Source: Candidatus Cloacimonadales bacterium (lineage in GTDB: Bacteria > Cloacimonadota > Cloacimonadia > Cloacimonadales > JAIOQZ01). From it: a stretch of 64,000 nt of DNA. The notes beneath the pieces are model-generated. The model made no database searches. It saw only the letters and a list, made by a program, of their open reading frames with translations, and was not told the DNA's origin. The DNA lies in NCBI GenBank assembly GCA_963662655.2, contig CAXXTU010000001.1, positions 1 to 64,000 of the forward strand, in the 5' to 3' direction. Below, piece after piece: positions 39,008 through 48,905 of the stretch (the first letter of the stretch is position 1; each line of letters starts with the position of its first letter). The position numbers and the translations under genes were made by a program.

Positions 39008-39181
39008 TTTATTATCCCCGGAAAGCGGAAATCACCGCCAGCTCTTTTATTTTTTATATGTCTGCAAATGAATATCTTACAGATGTTTTACGTTTTTCCT
39101 TCGACATTTGGCGTTCATTGAGCATATTATTATTAGGATGTAAAGGAAAAAAGCAGGCAGGAAGCCACGAGCATTATCGAG

Positions 39182-40885
39182 ATGAAGAAACTACAGAAAT
39201 TCATGAATGTATATCAGATACATTTTATCAGCTCGCTGATAATTATTCTCCTGTTATCAGTAGGGATCGGTATTATCCTTTACCGAAACCTAAATCGCAT
39301 TTTCAAGGAACAAAACGATTATTTCGAGCAAAACGTTCAATACCAGAAGATCACCATCGAGAAACGCTTTGACAGCATGTCGCGAGATATGGAGCGCGAT
39401 ATGATCAAAGATCAAAGATTGAAGCTCAAGACAAATGTTATCCGCGAGATCAATCGCATCCAGCAAATCAGGATACAGATCGATCGACTGATGGAGATCG
39501 AACTCGATAATACCCTGAAAGCTCAATTGTACATTTTGGATTACCTGTATAATACGCACAAGGATCAAAACATAACCGACAATCTTGAAGCGCATGTTCT
39601 CGAGCATTTGGGATTTCAGCGGCCAACTGCCAGGTTCTTCTGCATTGTAAGAAAGGATTCCGAGCTGATTTTTTACCGTGATCAAAATTACACAAAAGAG
39701 ACCTTGCCCGATAAGATGAAAGCGCTGCTGAGCATCGATGCGCTCATCGATGAGGTCTCCGACAAGACATTTTCTTTCCACCGATTTCCTTCTCCGGGCT
39801 CCGTTTTGGACGACATGAAGATTTCACCTGCGGTGGCAAGCATTGCGAAACTTGACGGGCTTGACTGGGTGATTGTTTACGGTGTGACCAGAGGAACGGT
39901 ATTGGAAGATTTGCATCTCGGGACGAGGCAATACCTGGAAAGCTTCGGGCAGTCTTCAAGGTTTGCGGAATCCATCAGAATCTATGAATTACTCGACAAC
40001 GCGGGGGGCGATAAATTTGCCCGTATCGTAATGGCCCCCCAGAATCCTCATCTCAATGGAAGCTATGTTTCGACAAAAGAAATCGACGATCAGGGCTACC
40101 CGTATTACGGTGAGATGCTCAAGGAAGTAAACATCAATGGCGAGGCGTACATCCGGTATGTAATTGCAGACGAAACGGAAAAATCCCCATCCGAGGTACT
40201 GACATACTTCAAGATTCTTCCCGACCGAAGATGGATTGTTTCCAACAGTATCAACATCAGCGATATGTATCAGACACTTGCGAACGAAAAAAAGGGCATC
40301 CAGGAAGTCTTGTTCGAGGAAGACGAAGACTCACAGTTACTTTATGATGCCAAGACCATTTACTCGCTCATGAGAAGAGATTATATCAAGCTCATCGTCA
40401 TATTGCTCGGATACGCGTCCATCGGCATCCTGCTTTCGTTCCTGATATCGAGAAGAGTGCAGAGAACCTTTATCTCATACCGTAACGAAGCGGTTCGGCG
40501 AACTGAAAAGCTCACTCAGACGAACAAGAACCTGCAAAAAGAGTTTGTTCAGCGCGTCAAGGCCGAGCGAGAAAAAGCCGACCTCGAACGCAAGACATCC
40601 GCCCTCGCCATGGCCGTTACCGCAAGCCACGAGATCAACCAGCCTCTCATGATCCTGAAGGGAAACCTCGAACTCTTCATGATGAAGATCGATGTCGATT
40701 CTCTCGCCCCAGACCAGATCAAGAGGCTCAACAGGATCAGCGAATCACTCGAACGCATCCAGAAGATATTAGACAAGTTCCACGAAGCGGATGCGATACG
40801 ATTCGAGGATTACACAGACGGCACCCGCATGGTTGTCCTGGACAATATGAAATCGTCTTCAACCAACGGCTCTGCCGGTGTTTGA
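39182..40885 (+). CDS. Membrane sensor with Cache-like periplasmic region and HisKA/DHp domain but no HATPase domain
   Basis: Two TM helices; H-box MAVTASHEINQPL; ends about 80 aa later with no N/G1/F/G2 boxes. Confidence 0.75.
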   Translation: MKKLQKFMNVYQIHFISSLIIILLLSVGIGIILYRNLNRIFKEQNDYFEQNVQYQKITIEKRFDSMSRDMERDMIKDQRLKLKTNVIREINRIQQIRIQIDRLMEIELDNTLKAQLYILDYLYNTHKDQNITDNLEAHVLEHLGFQRPTARFFCIVRKDSELIFYRDQNYTKETLPDKMKALLSIDALIDEVSDKTFSFHRFPSPGSVLDDMKISPAVASIAKLDGLDWVIVYGVTRGTVLEDLHLGTRQYLESFGQSSRFAESIRIYELLDNAGGDKFARIVMAPQNPHLNGSYVSTKEIDDQGYPYYGEMLKEVNINGEAYIRYVIADETEKSPSEVLTYFKILPDRRWIVSNSINISDMYQTLANEKKGIQEVLFEEDEDSQLLYDAKTIYSLMRRDYIKLIVILLGYASIGILLSFLISRRVQRTFISYRNEAVRRTEKLTQTNKNLQKEFVQRVKAEREKADLERKTSALAMAVTASHEINQPLMILKGNLELFMMKIDVDSLAPDQIKRLNRISESLERIQKILDKFHEADAIRFEDYTDGTRMVVLDNMKSSSTNGSAGV

Positions 40886-40907
40886 TATCGGCGGCGACTG
40901 CAATGGA

Positions 40908-41495
40908 TCAAATGCCCAGGGATTGCTTGACTTCCTCGAGAATCCTTTTGTCAAGCCTCTCGTAACTATCCCCCTGCGTAGAAAGCGCTCTTTCAAGCAA
41001 ATCCCTGTCAAAGCCGTTCTCACGCAGATGGTTGACAAGGATATCAATCCTGTCTTCTCGTCGGCGAATGATCTCGGACACCAAACGCAACTCGAGAGCG
41101 ACGACCGGTATACCGACAGAACCGATCCGAATCATGCTGTAATGCCTCCACGGACCAGAACCGTATGTCTCCAATGTATCGCTTTCCGACTCGGCCTCGA
41201 CGGTACTGACCTCCAACTTTTCGCCTTGATAGGTGAAGGCGGCGTAGTACTGCATCGACCCCTGGATGAACTGCGGACACCCCGGCTCCAGGTTCTCCCG
41301 GAACTGATCGCACACGAAGTCTACATCTTCGCGTGTTCTGGCGAGCAGGTCAATATCTGCGGGGATGATCGGCACGTCTTGTATCTGGGCGGCGGCTGTC
41401 CCGATGAGCCTCAATTCCGGCTTGTGTTTGCAATCATCGAGTTGTGAGAAAAAATCTTGCAACATCGCTTCTGTGTTCTCTTTCGACAATGCCAT
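40908..41495 (-). CDS. Hypothetical protein, nucleotidyltransferase-like fold
   Basis: LIGTAA..IQ......DIDL; start reassigned to MALSKE (GAGG SD). Confidence 0.55.
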   Translation of the reverse strand: MALSKENTEAMLQDFFSQLDDCKHKPELRLIGTAAAQIQDVPIIPADIDLLARTREDVDFVCDQFRENLEPGCPQFIQGSMQYYAAFTYQGEKLEVSTVEAESESDTLETYGSGPWRHYSMIRIGSVGIPVVALELRLVSEIIRRREDRIDILVNHLRENGFDRDLLERALSTQGDSYERLDKRILEEVKQSLGI

Positions 41496-41627
41496 GACGA
41501 TCCTCGATTCCATTATTCTTGGTGACAGCGCAATTCTCTCGATGTAAGCTTGAAGCAATATTCAATTGACAAAGGTTTGGACTCGGCGCATCCGTTGATT
41601 CGGTTATTATTTCTTGTATAAAAAAAA

Positions 41628-41703
<76 letters not shown>

Positions 41704-41765
41704 ACGCGACAAGAGGCAAGATTAATCCGGCATATTTTGTGTCAAGGGTTTTCGGAGATTTTTTT

Positions 41766-43694
41766 ATGATAATAAGGGGTTTCTTCATCTCTCTGATTTT
41801 GCTGGCGTGCTCTATGTGGGCGGCCAATATGCCCAATATTGTTATTTTTGAACCCGATCACCAACCCGGTTCGATACAGGTCGCGGCGATCGTCCAGAAC
41901 GAAATCCATCGTGCGTTGGCCGAGACCGGTAAGTTCCGAACCGTTGAGCGAAGAAACCTGCAGGCGATCATGGAAGAGCAGAAGCTCTCGATGGAGGATT
42001 TCACCGAGCAATCGAACATCTATCGGCTGGGACAACTTCTGGACGCGGAGTACATCCTCTTTTCATCCATCCACAGGCAGGAAGCGCAGATATTGATCTA
42101 CCTGAGCCTGACAGACGTCTTCACCGGTGAAACCCTGTATCCGGAATCGATCATCTCCAGCGTGGACATCCATTCCATCAAGCAGGGCATCGACAAGGCG
42201 ATCGGCAACATCGCCTCGAAGTTTCAACTGACCGGACAGATTGTCCGGATGGAAGGCGAGGATATCTTTATCGACCTCGGGATTCGAAATAACATCTCCG
42301 AGAACATGACATTCCAGGTCTATCGTAAAGGCGAACGAATATACGACCCGACAGCGTACCGCATCATCGGGTTCGATAGGAAGCGAATCGGCGAGATCAT
42401 CGTTCGAGAGGTGATCTCGGAGGAACTTGCCCGAGCAAAGCTCCTCAGCGGAGAGAACCTGGCTGTCGGGGACGAAATCGTGCCCGTTCCTCAAGAGAAG
42501 ATTCCCACTCGAGTCGATGTGGAGGATTCGATTGAGTCAGAACCGAAATCCTTTACGGAAGAAACCGTCCTTCAAGTGAGAGTGAAGCCTGCCGAGACGA
42601 GATTGTTTCTCGACACGAAGGAGCTGTCACACCTGTCCTCGGAGCATCCTTACCGGGTTCAGATCGACCCGGGCATTCACTTCATCAGGCTGGAGCGCAA
42701 GGGTTTCTACCCTCTTCGCAAGCAGATCGAGATTCGCGAAGGCGAGCAATTCAACCTTCAGGTTACCCTCCAGCCGGAGATCGGCGTTATCTACCTGAAC
42801 ACCGAGCCGACCGGTGTGGAGGTATACGTCGACGGGCAGTTCGAGGGAATATCGCCCATTCGCATCAATCGAACCAAGCCGGGGCGCTATCGCTTTGAAC
42901 TAAAGAAAACCGGATATTATCCCATCAAGAAGAAGCTGCGCTTCCGGTTGGGAGAAATGGACGATATCCTCATCAAACTCGAACCGGATCCCGAAAACGA
43001 AACGGGCATCCCGGCGGCAATGGTCTTGATTCCAGGAGGAAGCTTCACGATGGGATCGGACGATGAAGATGCGAAGCGAGACGAGCAACCGCGGCACAAT
43101 GTAGAAATCGACTCGTTTTATCTGGATAAATACGAAGTGATGGTCAAACAATTCCGGACGTTTTGCGAGGTGACAGGCTACACGATGCCGGAGCTGCCGG
43201 AGTGGGTTTCCGAGTACGACCCGATGATAAACGTTACGTGGCACGACGCGAATTCCTACGCGAAATGGGCCGGAAAACGCCTGCCGACCGAAGCGGAATG
43301 GGAGTATGTCGCCAGAGCGACAAATCCCGATGGGCCGTTCAATCCCGAGCTGGACGCAGACGACGTGCACAAGTATGCTAACATCCAGGGCCAAAACGGT
43401 GACGACCGATGGGAAAAGCTCTCCCCTGTCGGATCGTTCGAGCCGGACTCCATGGGCATCTACGATCTGGGCGGAAACGTGTTCGAATGGTGCGAAGATT
43501 GGTACGACCGCAACTACTACTCGTACAGCGTACGCAGCAATCCGACCGGCGCGAGCTACGGAAACCGCAAGGTTATCAGGGGAAGCTGCTGGGCGTTTGG
43601 TGAGAACAGCCTCAGCGTGTACGCGCGGAGCGTCGGAAATCCCCATTCGAGAAGCTCGATCATCGGTTTCAGATGCGCGAAAAACGTCAGGTAA
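41766..43694 (+). CDS. Secreted protein: CsgG-like N-domain, PEGA repeats, FGE-sulfatase (SUMF1) domain
   Basis: FRTVERRNLQAIMEEQKLS; TEPTGVEVYVDG; FTMGS...DEQPRH...RLPTEAEWEY...DLGGNVFEW...IGFRC. Confidence 0.85.
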   Translation: MIIRGFFISLILLACSMWAANMPNIVIFEPDHQPGSIQVAAIVQNEIHRALAETGKFRTVERRNLQAIMEEQKLSMEDFTEQSNIYRLGQLLDAEYILFSSIHRQEAQILIYLSLTDVFTGETLYPESIISSVDIHSIKQGIDKAIGNIASKFQLTGQIVRMEGEDIFIDLGIRNNISENMTFQVYRKGERIYDPTAYRIIGFDRKRIGEIIVREVISEELARAKLLSGENLAVGDEIVPVPQEKIPTRVDVEDSIESEPKSFTEETVLQVRVKPAETRLFLDTKELSHLSSEHPYRVQIDPGIHFIRLERKGFYPLRKQIEIREGEQFNLQVTLQPEIGVIYLNTEPTGVEVYVDGQFEGISPIRINRTKPGRYRFELKKTGYYPIKKKLRFRLGEMDDILIKLEPDPENETGIPAAMVLIPGGSFTMGSDDEDAKRDEQPRHNVEIDSFYLDKYEVMVKQFRTFCEVTGYTMPELPEWVSEYDPMINVTWHDANSYAKWAGKRLPTEAEWEYVARATNPDGPFNPELDADDVHKYANIQGQNGDDRWEKLSPVGSFEPDSMGIYDLGGNVFEWCEDWYDRNYYSYSVRSNPTGASYGNRKVIRGSCWAFGENSLSVYARSVGNPHSRSSIIGFRCAKNVR

Positions 43695-43726
43695 CAATGA
43701 GGTATGCGATGTTTGCGAAAATTCTT

Positions 43727-43755
43727 TTGACAAAACCGCCCTTGTTAAATATGTT
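43727..43755 (+). promoter_or_regulatory. Sigma70-type promoter of the HDOD-cheY-cheZ operon
   Basis: TTGACA-N17-TATGTT. Confidence 0.5.
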
Positions 43756-43815
43756 TTCATTGTGATCAAATGGCTAATTCATCATTGATATAACGCGAAA
43801 GGAAAGCATAATTTT

Positions 43816-44697
43816 ATGGCTGGCGATATTGAATGGATAAAAGAAGAGCTTGAGAAGATTCAATCACTTCCAACATTACCCGTAATTGCTTCAAGGCTAC
43901 TGAATATGCTCGATTCGAGTAACGTTTCGATGGGTGAAGTCTCGAAAATAATCGTTGTGGACCCGGCGCTTACGAGCCGCATCCTCAAGATCGCCAATTC
44001 GCCTTACTACGGAATGCGCAATCGCATCGATACCATCAAGCTTGCACTGGTCATTCTTGGCATCAACGAGATCAAGAACGTCCTGCTCAGCATTTCCCTT
44101 TTCCGTACTTTTTCGGGCGAGCAGGATGAATACGCATTCGATTCCAAAACCTTCTGGATACACTCCATGGCTACGGCCCACTTTGCGAAGAAACTCGCGA
44201 AGGATTTCCGCCTGAAAAGCCATGGGGAGGATTTTACTGCCGGGTTGATCCACGATATCGGGAAAATCATCATCGCTCAGTATTTCGGCGAATTCATCCC
44301 GGACATCGAAAAAGCGATCCAGGAAAACAATATTCCCAATTACGAAGCGGAAGAAAAGGTGTTGGGGCTGGCTCACATGGATATCGGCGCATGGCTTGCC
44401 GAGAAGTGGAAACTCCCGCCGCATCTGATCCACACGATCCGCTATCACCACTACGCTCATCTGAGCGAAGATAACGAATTGCTCTGTACAGTCGTTGCGC
44501 TGGCTAATCTTACGGCGAATTTCCACCAGTTTGGGAACGACCCGATGGCCGATCTGGATTCGATCATGAATTTCAGAGGCTGGAAGCTGATAGAAGAGGC
44601 CGGTAGCGTCAATGAAGGATTCGATCGTCAGGAATACATCATGAGCCTGGCTGAAGAAGCGGATGCCATCAATGCATACGTGCAAGCGCTCCTTTAG
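43816..44697 (+). CDS. HDOD-domain protein
   Basis: LPTLP, DPALTSRILKIANSPYYG, FWIHS, AGLIHDIGK, H..IGAWLAEKWKLP...YHH. Confidence 0.92.
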   Translation: MAGDIEWIKEELEKIQSLPTLPVIASRLLNMLDSSNVSMGEVSKIIVVDPALTSRILKIANSPYYGMRNRIDTIKLALVILGINEIKNVLLSISLFRTFSGEQDEYAFDSKTFWIHSMATAHFAKKLAKDFRLKSHGEDFTAGLIHDIGKIIIAQYFGEFIPDIEKAIQENNIPNYEAEEKVLGLAHMDIGAWLAEKWKLPPHLIHTIRYHHYAHLSEDNELLCTVVALANLTANFHQFGNDPMADLDSIMNFRGWKLIEEAGSVNEGFDRQEYIMSLAEEADAINAYVQALL

Positions 44698-44728
44698 CAA
44701 GGACACTATCATTTAAGATGGAGGATTT

Positions 44729-45106
44729 ATGTCCAATCTGAAATTTTTGATTGTAGATGACTCACCTACAATGAGAAGAATCGTTAACAACACGCTCAAA
44801 CGCTTGGGTTATCGCGACATCGAAGAAGCGGACAACGGATCGTCCGGCATGGATAAGCTTCGCAGCATTCCGGGAATCAATTTCATCGTTACGGACTGGA
44901 ATATGCCCGTGATGGACGGCCTCCAGTTCGTGCAGACAATCCGAAGCAGCCAGGAGTTCGCGAAACTGCCGATCCTCATGGTAACCACCCGAAGCGTTAA
45001 AGATGATATTATCGAAGCGATGAAAGCTGGAGTAAATAATTACATCGTCAAGCCTTTCACACCCGAGACGATGAAAAGTAAGATCGACGCAATTCTCAAT
45101 AAATAA
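44729..45106 (+). CDS. cheY: CheY response regulator
   Basis: LKFLIVDDSPTMRRIV, TDWNMPVMDG, LPILMVT, YIVKPFT. Confidence 0.92.
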   Translation: MSNLKFLIVDDSPTMRRIVNNTLKRLGYRDIEEADNGSSGMDKLRSIPGINFIVTDWNMPVMDGLQFVQTIRSSQEFAKLPILMVTTRSVKDDIIEAMKAGVNNYIVKPFTPETMKSKIDAILNK

Positions 45107-45118
45107 CGGGAGCAAAGA

Positions 45119-46153
45119 ATGAGTAACGACGACATCCGTAATACGGGAATTGTGCCCGTTATCGAAAACCTCACGAATATGCTGAGAGAACTTACGGCTG
45201 ATTTGAGCCCTCTTCTGGACTGCCAGGCAGCTAACCAGCCAGCGGAACACATAAAAGAAAAAATGGCGAGCATGGACTCCAAAATGCAGCGCCTGCTTCA
45301 TTCCATCAACCATAGCTACGACCTCATCCAACTGGTGATCAAGTCGATCCACACCAGCCGCTCCGAACTCAAGAAGAGCGTTGACGGCCTGATCAAGAAA
45401 ACCGGTATGCAGCTCCAGAAGGTAACTTCCACGACGGAGGAAGCCACCAACAAGATTCTCGATGTCGCGGAGAAACTCGACGAAGACCAGATGTCGATTA
45501 TCGAGATCCTCGATTCGATCCAGGAAGACAACTGCACCGCGGAGAAATCAGCGGACCTCTTCGATGAGCTGAGACAGAAGATTTACCAGAACCAGGAGTC
45601 CGCCTTCACGATCATGGATTACCTGCAATTCCAGGATATCACCGCGCAACAGATAGCGGGAGCCTATTCGTTGCTGTCCGACACCGAAAAGACGCTTCTG
45701 TACGTCTCGGAGATGCTGAAACGCTTCGATGCGAACTTCGATATGTCCGAAGACATGACCGAGGCGGTCGACAAAAAAGCCTTCAACATGGATGCGACGT
45801 ACAAAGACAAGGCAACCATCCAATCGGCCATCGACAATCTCTTCGAATCTCGCGACGAGAACATCGATATCCCTGAGGAAGCGGCCCAGAATGCCAACGG
45901 CGACGTACATTATCAGGCAAGCGGCTCGGAAGCCCCGGCTGATGCTTTCTCCAGCGATGATATCGACGCATTGTTCGGCTCTCAGCCAGCGAACGATCAA
46001 AGCTCCCAGGATGACATAGATAAACTTTTTTCAAACACCGCCGACTCGGACGAAGAGAAAAAACCGGAAGAAAACGCTAACAAGAAAGAGAAAAACGGCG
46101 AAGAAAAAAGGGAAGAAACGAGCCAAGAAGAAATTGACAAGTTATTCGGATAA
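45119..46153 (+). CDS. cheZ: CheZ-like phosphatase
   Basis: TEEATNKILD and LQFQDITAQQI (DxxxQ); C-terminal SQ(D/E)(D/E)IDKLF peptides; follows cheY. Confidence 0.8.
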   Translation: MSNDDIRNTGIVPVIENLTNMLRELTADLSPLLDCQAANQPAEHIKEKMASMDSKMQRLLHSINHSYDLIQLVIKSIHTSRSELKKSVDGLIKKTGMQLQKVTSTTEEATNKILDVAEKLDEDQMSIIEILDSIQEDNCTAEKSADLFDELRQKIYQNQESAFTIMDYLQFQDITAQQIAGAYSLLSDTEKTLLYVSEMLKRFDANFDMSEDMTEAVDKKAFNMDATYKDKATIQSAIDNLFESRDENIDIPEEAAQNANGDVHYQASGSEAPADAFSSDDIDALFGSQPANDQSSQDDIDKLFSNTADSDEEKKPEENANKKEKNGEEKREETSQEEIDKLFG

Positions 46154-46247
46154 TTGTTTCGTTGTCACTTGTCTGGACTAATAAAAGGTTGACAGATTTT
46201 TTATGTCGTTTTCAAAGTAGGATTGGAAAAATTATAGAGGATTGAAA

Positions 46248-46613
46248 ATGAGTAAATCTATACTTGTTGTCGATGATGAAGAAAACATCAGGGAAATCAT
46301 TTCAGAATTTCTTCAAACGTTGGGTTACAACGTTGTAGAAGTGTCCAACGGTGAAGAAGCGATTGTCGCATGCAGTAAGCATAAATTCGATTTGATCATC
46401 ACGGATATCCGCATGCCGAAAATGAACGGCCTCAAGCTTCTCAAGGCGATCAAGACCTACATGCCAGAGATGCCTGTGATCCTCATGACGGGGTATCAGC
46501 CATCCAAGGCTCAGGAAGAAAGCCTCACGACCAAAGCCGATGGATATCTCTTGAAACCATTCTCTCTAAACTCTCTGAGACAATCGATCCTGAAAATCTT
46601 TAAGACGCTGTAA
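46248..46613 (+). CDS. Single-domain response regulator
   Basis: ILVVDDE, TDIRMPKMNG, MTG, LKPF. Confidence 0.9.
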   Translation: MSKSILVVDDEENIREIISEFLQTLGYNVVEVSNGEEAIVACSKHKFDLIITDIRMPKMNGLKLLKAIKTYMPEMPVILMTGYQPSKAQEESLTTKADGYLLKPFSLNSLRQSILKIFKTL

Positions 46614-46625
46614 AATGACCGTAAG

Positions 46626-46892
46626 ATGCCCAGTAAGAAAGTTATCAAGAACTACAACATCATGGGAGATGAAAAAACCCCTGCCACTCCGGCCATGACC
46701 GGCAGTGCTCATAATATTATCAAAAACGCGTCGATCGCGAAAGAAAACCGCAAGATTCAATCCTCCGAAGATCAAGATAAAAAGTCCACCCCAAAACTCA
46801 ATGTAATAAAAGACGAACGAGGAATTATTACATCTCTTGAAATCACCTGTGCCTGTGGGGAAAAAATACATATTGCACTGGATTATGAATGA
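46626..46892 (+). CDS. Small hypothetical protein with CxCG motif
   Basis: ITSLEITCACGEKIHIALDY; ATGA coupling to the next gene. Confidence 0.65.
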   Translation: MPSKKVIKNYNIMGDEKTPATPAMTGSAHNIIKNASIAKENRKIQSSEDQDKKSTPKLNVIKDERGIITSLEITCACGEKIHIALDYE

Positions 46893-47590
46893 ACGCCAAA
46901 CTCCTTGTAGTTGATGATGAGCTCCTGTTACGAGATGTATTGTTCGATTACCTGACCCGTCAGGGATATGACGTCCTGATGGCATCCAACGGCGAAAAAG
47001 CATTGGAAATTGCCCAAAACGAGCACATTCATCTCGCACTTGTCGATATTAAAATGCCTGGCATGAGCGGCCTGGATGTCACGGCCAAGCTCAAGGAAAT
47101 GAATCCGCAGATCATTGTCGTAATCATGACCGGCTATCCCAGCTTGAACACGGCGATCTCCGCTATCAAGCTCGGCGCGACCGAATACATCGTGAAGCCG
47201 TTCCGCCTGGACGAGCTGAACCGCATTATCGCGAAGAACCTGACATCGCTGGATACGGAATACGAAAACCTTAAGCTCAAGCAGCGCATCAAAGAGCTTG
47301 AAGACCAACTCGGCGCCCAAGTTCAGGACGGCGAGACCGATACCCAGGAAAGCCCGTTGAAGAAGCCTTCGGAGGATTTATCTGCGACCGCTCCCAGAGT
47401 GCGTGAACAAATGATTTCCGATTCCCCTGCGGCAGCCTCGCAGAAGTATCGCAATCAAACCAGTTCCGCAAAAAAGGAAAACGTGGAGAACCAATTGCAA
47501 CGTCTCAAACAGATGCTCGCAGACCATATCATCTCACGTGAGGAGTACGATAAGAAGAAGGATGAAATCCTGAAAGACCAATATGCCTGA
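46889..47590 (+). CDS. Response regulator with coiled coil and C-terminal SHOCT-like domain
   Basis: REC (VVDDE, DIKMPGMSG, KPF); LQRLKQMLADHIISREEYDKKKDEIL. Confidence 0.85.
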   Translation: MNAKLLVVDDELLLRDVLFDYLTRQGYDVLMASNGEKALEIAQNEHIHLALVDIKMPGMSGLDVTAKLKEMNPQIIVVIMTGYPSLNTAISAIKLGATEYIVKPFRLDELNRIIAKNLTSLDTEYENLKLKQRIKELEDQLGAQVQDGETDTQESPLKKPSEDLSATAPRVREQMISDSPAAASQKYRNQTSSAKKENVENQLQRLKQMLADHIISREEYDKKKDEILKDQYA

Positions 47591-48905
47591 TTCAAATAGC
47601 AGAAATCCCAGAAAGCACTCCCAGGAAGAAATCCAGGACCTCACCAGCGCTTTCCGGGATTTCAATATTATTATCGAACGTTTCCAGGAAACCTACCAGG
47701 GACTCCAGAACAAGATCGACTTCCTGAATCAGATCGTCGAAAAGAAGAACGCCGAGCTCGAAGCCCAGATACAGGAAGGCGACAACATCAAGAACCTGCT
47801 CAACGGAATCCTCGAACACATCTACACAGGCGTCGTGGTGATCAATACAACCGGCGAAATCATTGTTTTCAACAAGGCCGCGGAAGAAATCACCAGGTAC
47901 GACAAGGAAGAGGTTCTCGGGAAGAATTACCTGAAGCTCTTCGGAAACGCGCAGGTCAGAAACAAATCCCCACTCTACACGCTCGCGACAGGCAAAGAAT
48001 CTTTCCACCGACGCAAGATCATGCGCTCCAAGGACAAAAAGCCTATCGACGTCGAGTTCAGCTCGACGCTGGTCAAGAACATGAAGGACGAGATCATCGG
48101 CGTGGTGGAAACGTTCAACGACATCTCGGAAATCCGCAACCTCCAGCGTCGCGTAACGCAGGTCGAGACGCTGGCAGCGCTTGGAGAAATGGCGGCGAAC
48201 GTCGCGCACGAAATCCGCAATCCGCTGGGAGGAATCGGAGGATTCGCCGGTCTGCTCGACCGCAAGCTGGCCAAGGACGATCCCAACCGTAAGCTGATCA
48301 AGCCGATTGTCGAAGGCGTCTCCAGGCTCAACGTGATCGTCTCGGATCTTCTTTCGTTCACCAGACCGCAAAAGCTCAATCCGGTAAAGGTTTGCCTGCA
48401 AGACACGTTGCAGGAGATCATCGACTTTTTTCAGATCAGCCTGGGCAACATGGACAAGGACGTGGAGCTGAAAAAGCAGTTTCCCGAAAAGGAAATTCAG
48501 GTATATCTTGACAGCCAATTGTTCCAACAGATTGTTATTAATTTGTTGAAGAACGCTTACGACGCAATCGAGGACACCGGAACCATCGAGGTGAGAATTC
48601 GGCAGAATGTCCCCGAGAGCCTGAGCGAAATCCTCGATGAAGACGAGAAGGATGAGCTGCTCCGCATGTTCAGCTATCTAGAAATCGATATCATCGACGA
48701 CGGGGTGGGAATCCCCGAAGAAATGCTCCCGAAACTGTTCAATCCGTTCTTCACGACCAAAGACGATGGCAACGGCCTCGGGCTCGCCATCACACGCAAG
48801 ATCATTAACCTGCACAAGGGTGATATCAACGTGACCTCCGAACTGCACAAAGGAACCACGTTCACGATCAGCCTGCCGCTTTACGAAACATACCACGAGC
48901 TATGA
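47583..48905 (+). CDS. Soluble PAS histidine kinase (FlgS/FlrB/AtoS-like)
   Basis: No TM; PAS; AHEIRNPLGGI; NLLKNA, DDGVGI, FFTTK..GNGLGL. Confidence 0.9.
   Translation: MPDSNSRNPRKHSQEEIQDLTSAFRDFNIIIERFQETYQGLQNKIDFLNQIVEKKNAELEAQIQEGDNIKNLLNGILEHIYTGVVVINTTGEIIVFNKAAEEITRYDKEEVLGKNYLKLFGNAQVRNKSPLYTLATGKESFHRRKIMRSKDKKPIDVEFSSTLVKNMKDEIIGVVETFNDISEIRNLQRRVTQVETLAALGEMAANVAHEIRNPLGGIGGFAGLLDRKLAKDDPNRKLIKPIVEGVSRLNVIVSDLLSFTRPQKLNPVKVCLQDTLQEIIDFFQISLGNMDKDVELKKQFPEKEIQVYLDSQLFQQIVINLLKNAYDAIEDTGTIEVRIRQNVPESLSEILDEDEKDELLRMFSYLEIDIIDDGVGIPEEMLPKLFNPFFTTKDDGNGLGLAITRKIINLHKGDINVTSELHKGTTFTISLPLYETYHEL

Noticed and set aside
43020..43694. FGE-sulfatase domain as a diversity-generating retroelement target
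   Set aside because: No reverse transcriptase and no template repeat differing at adenines seen in the window
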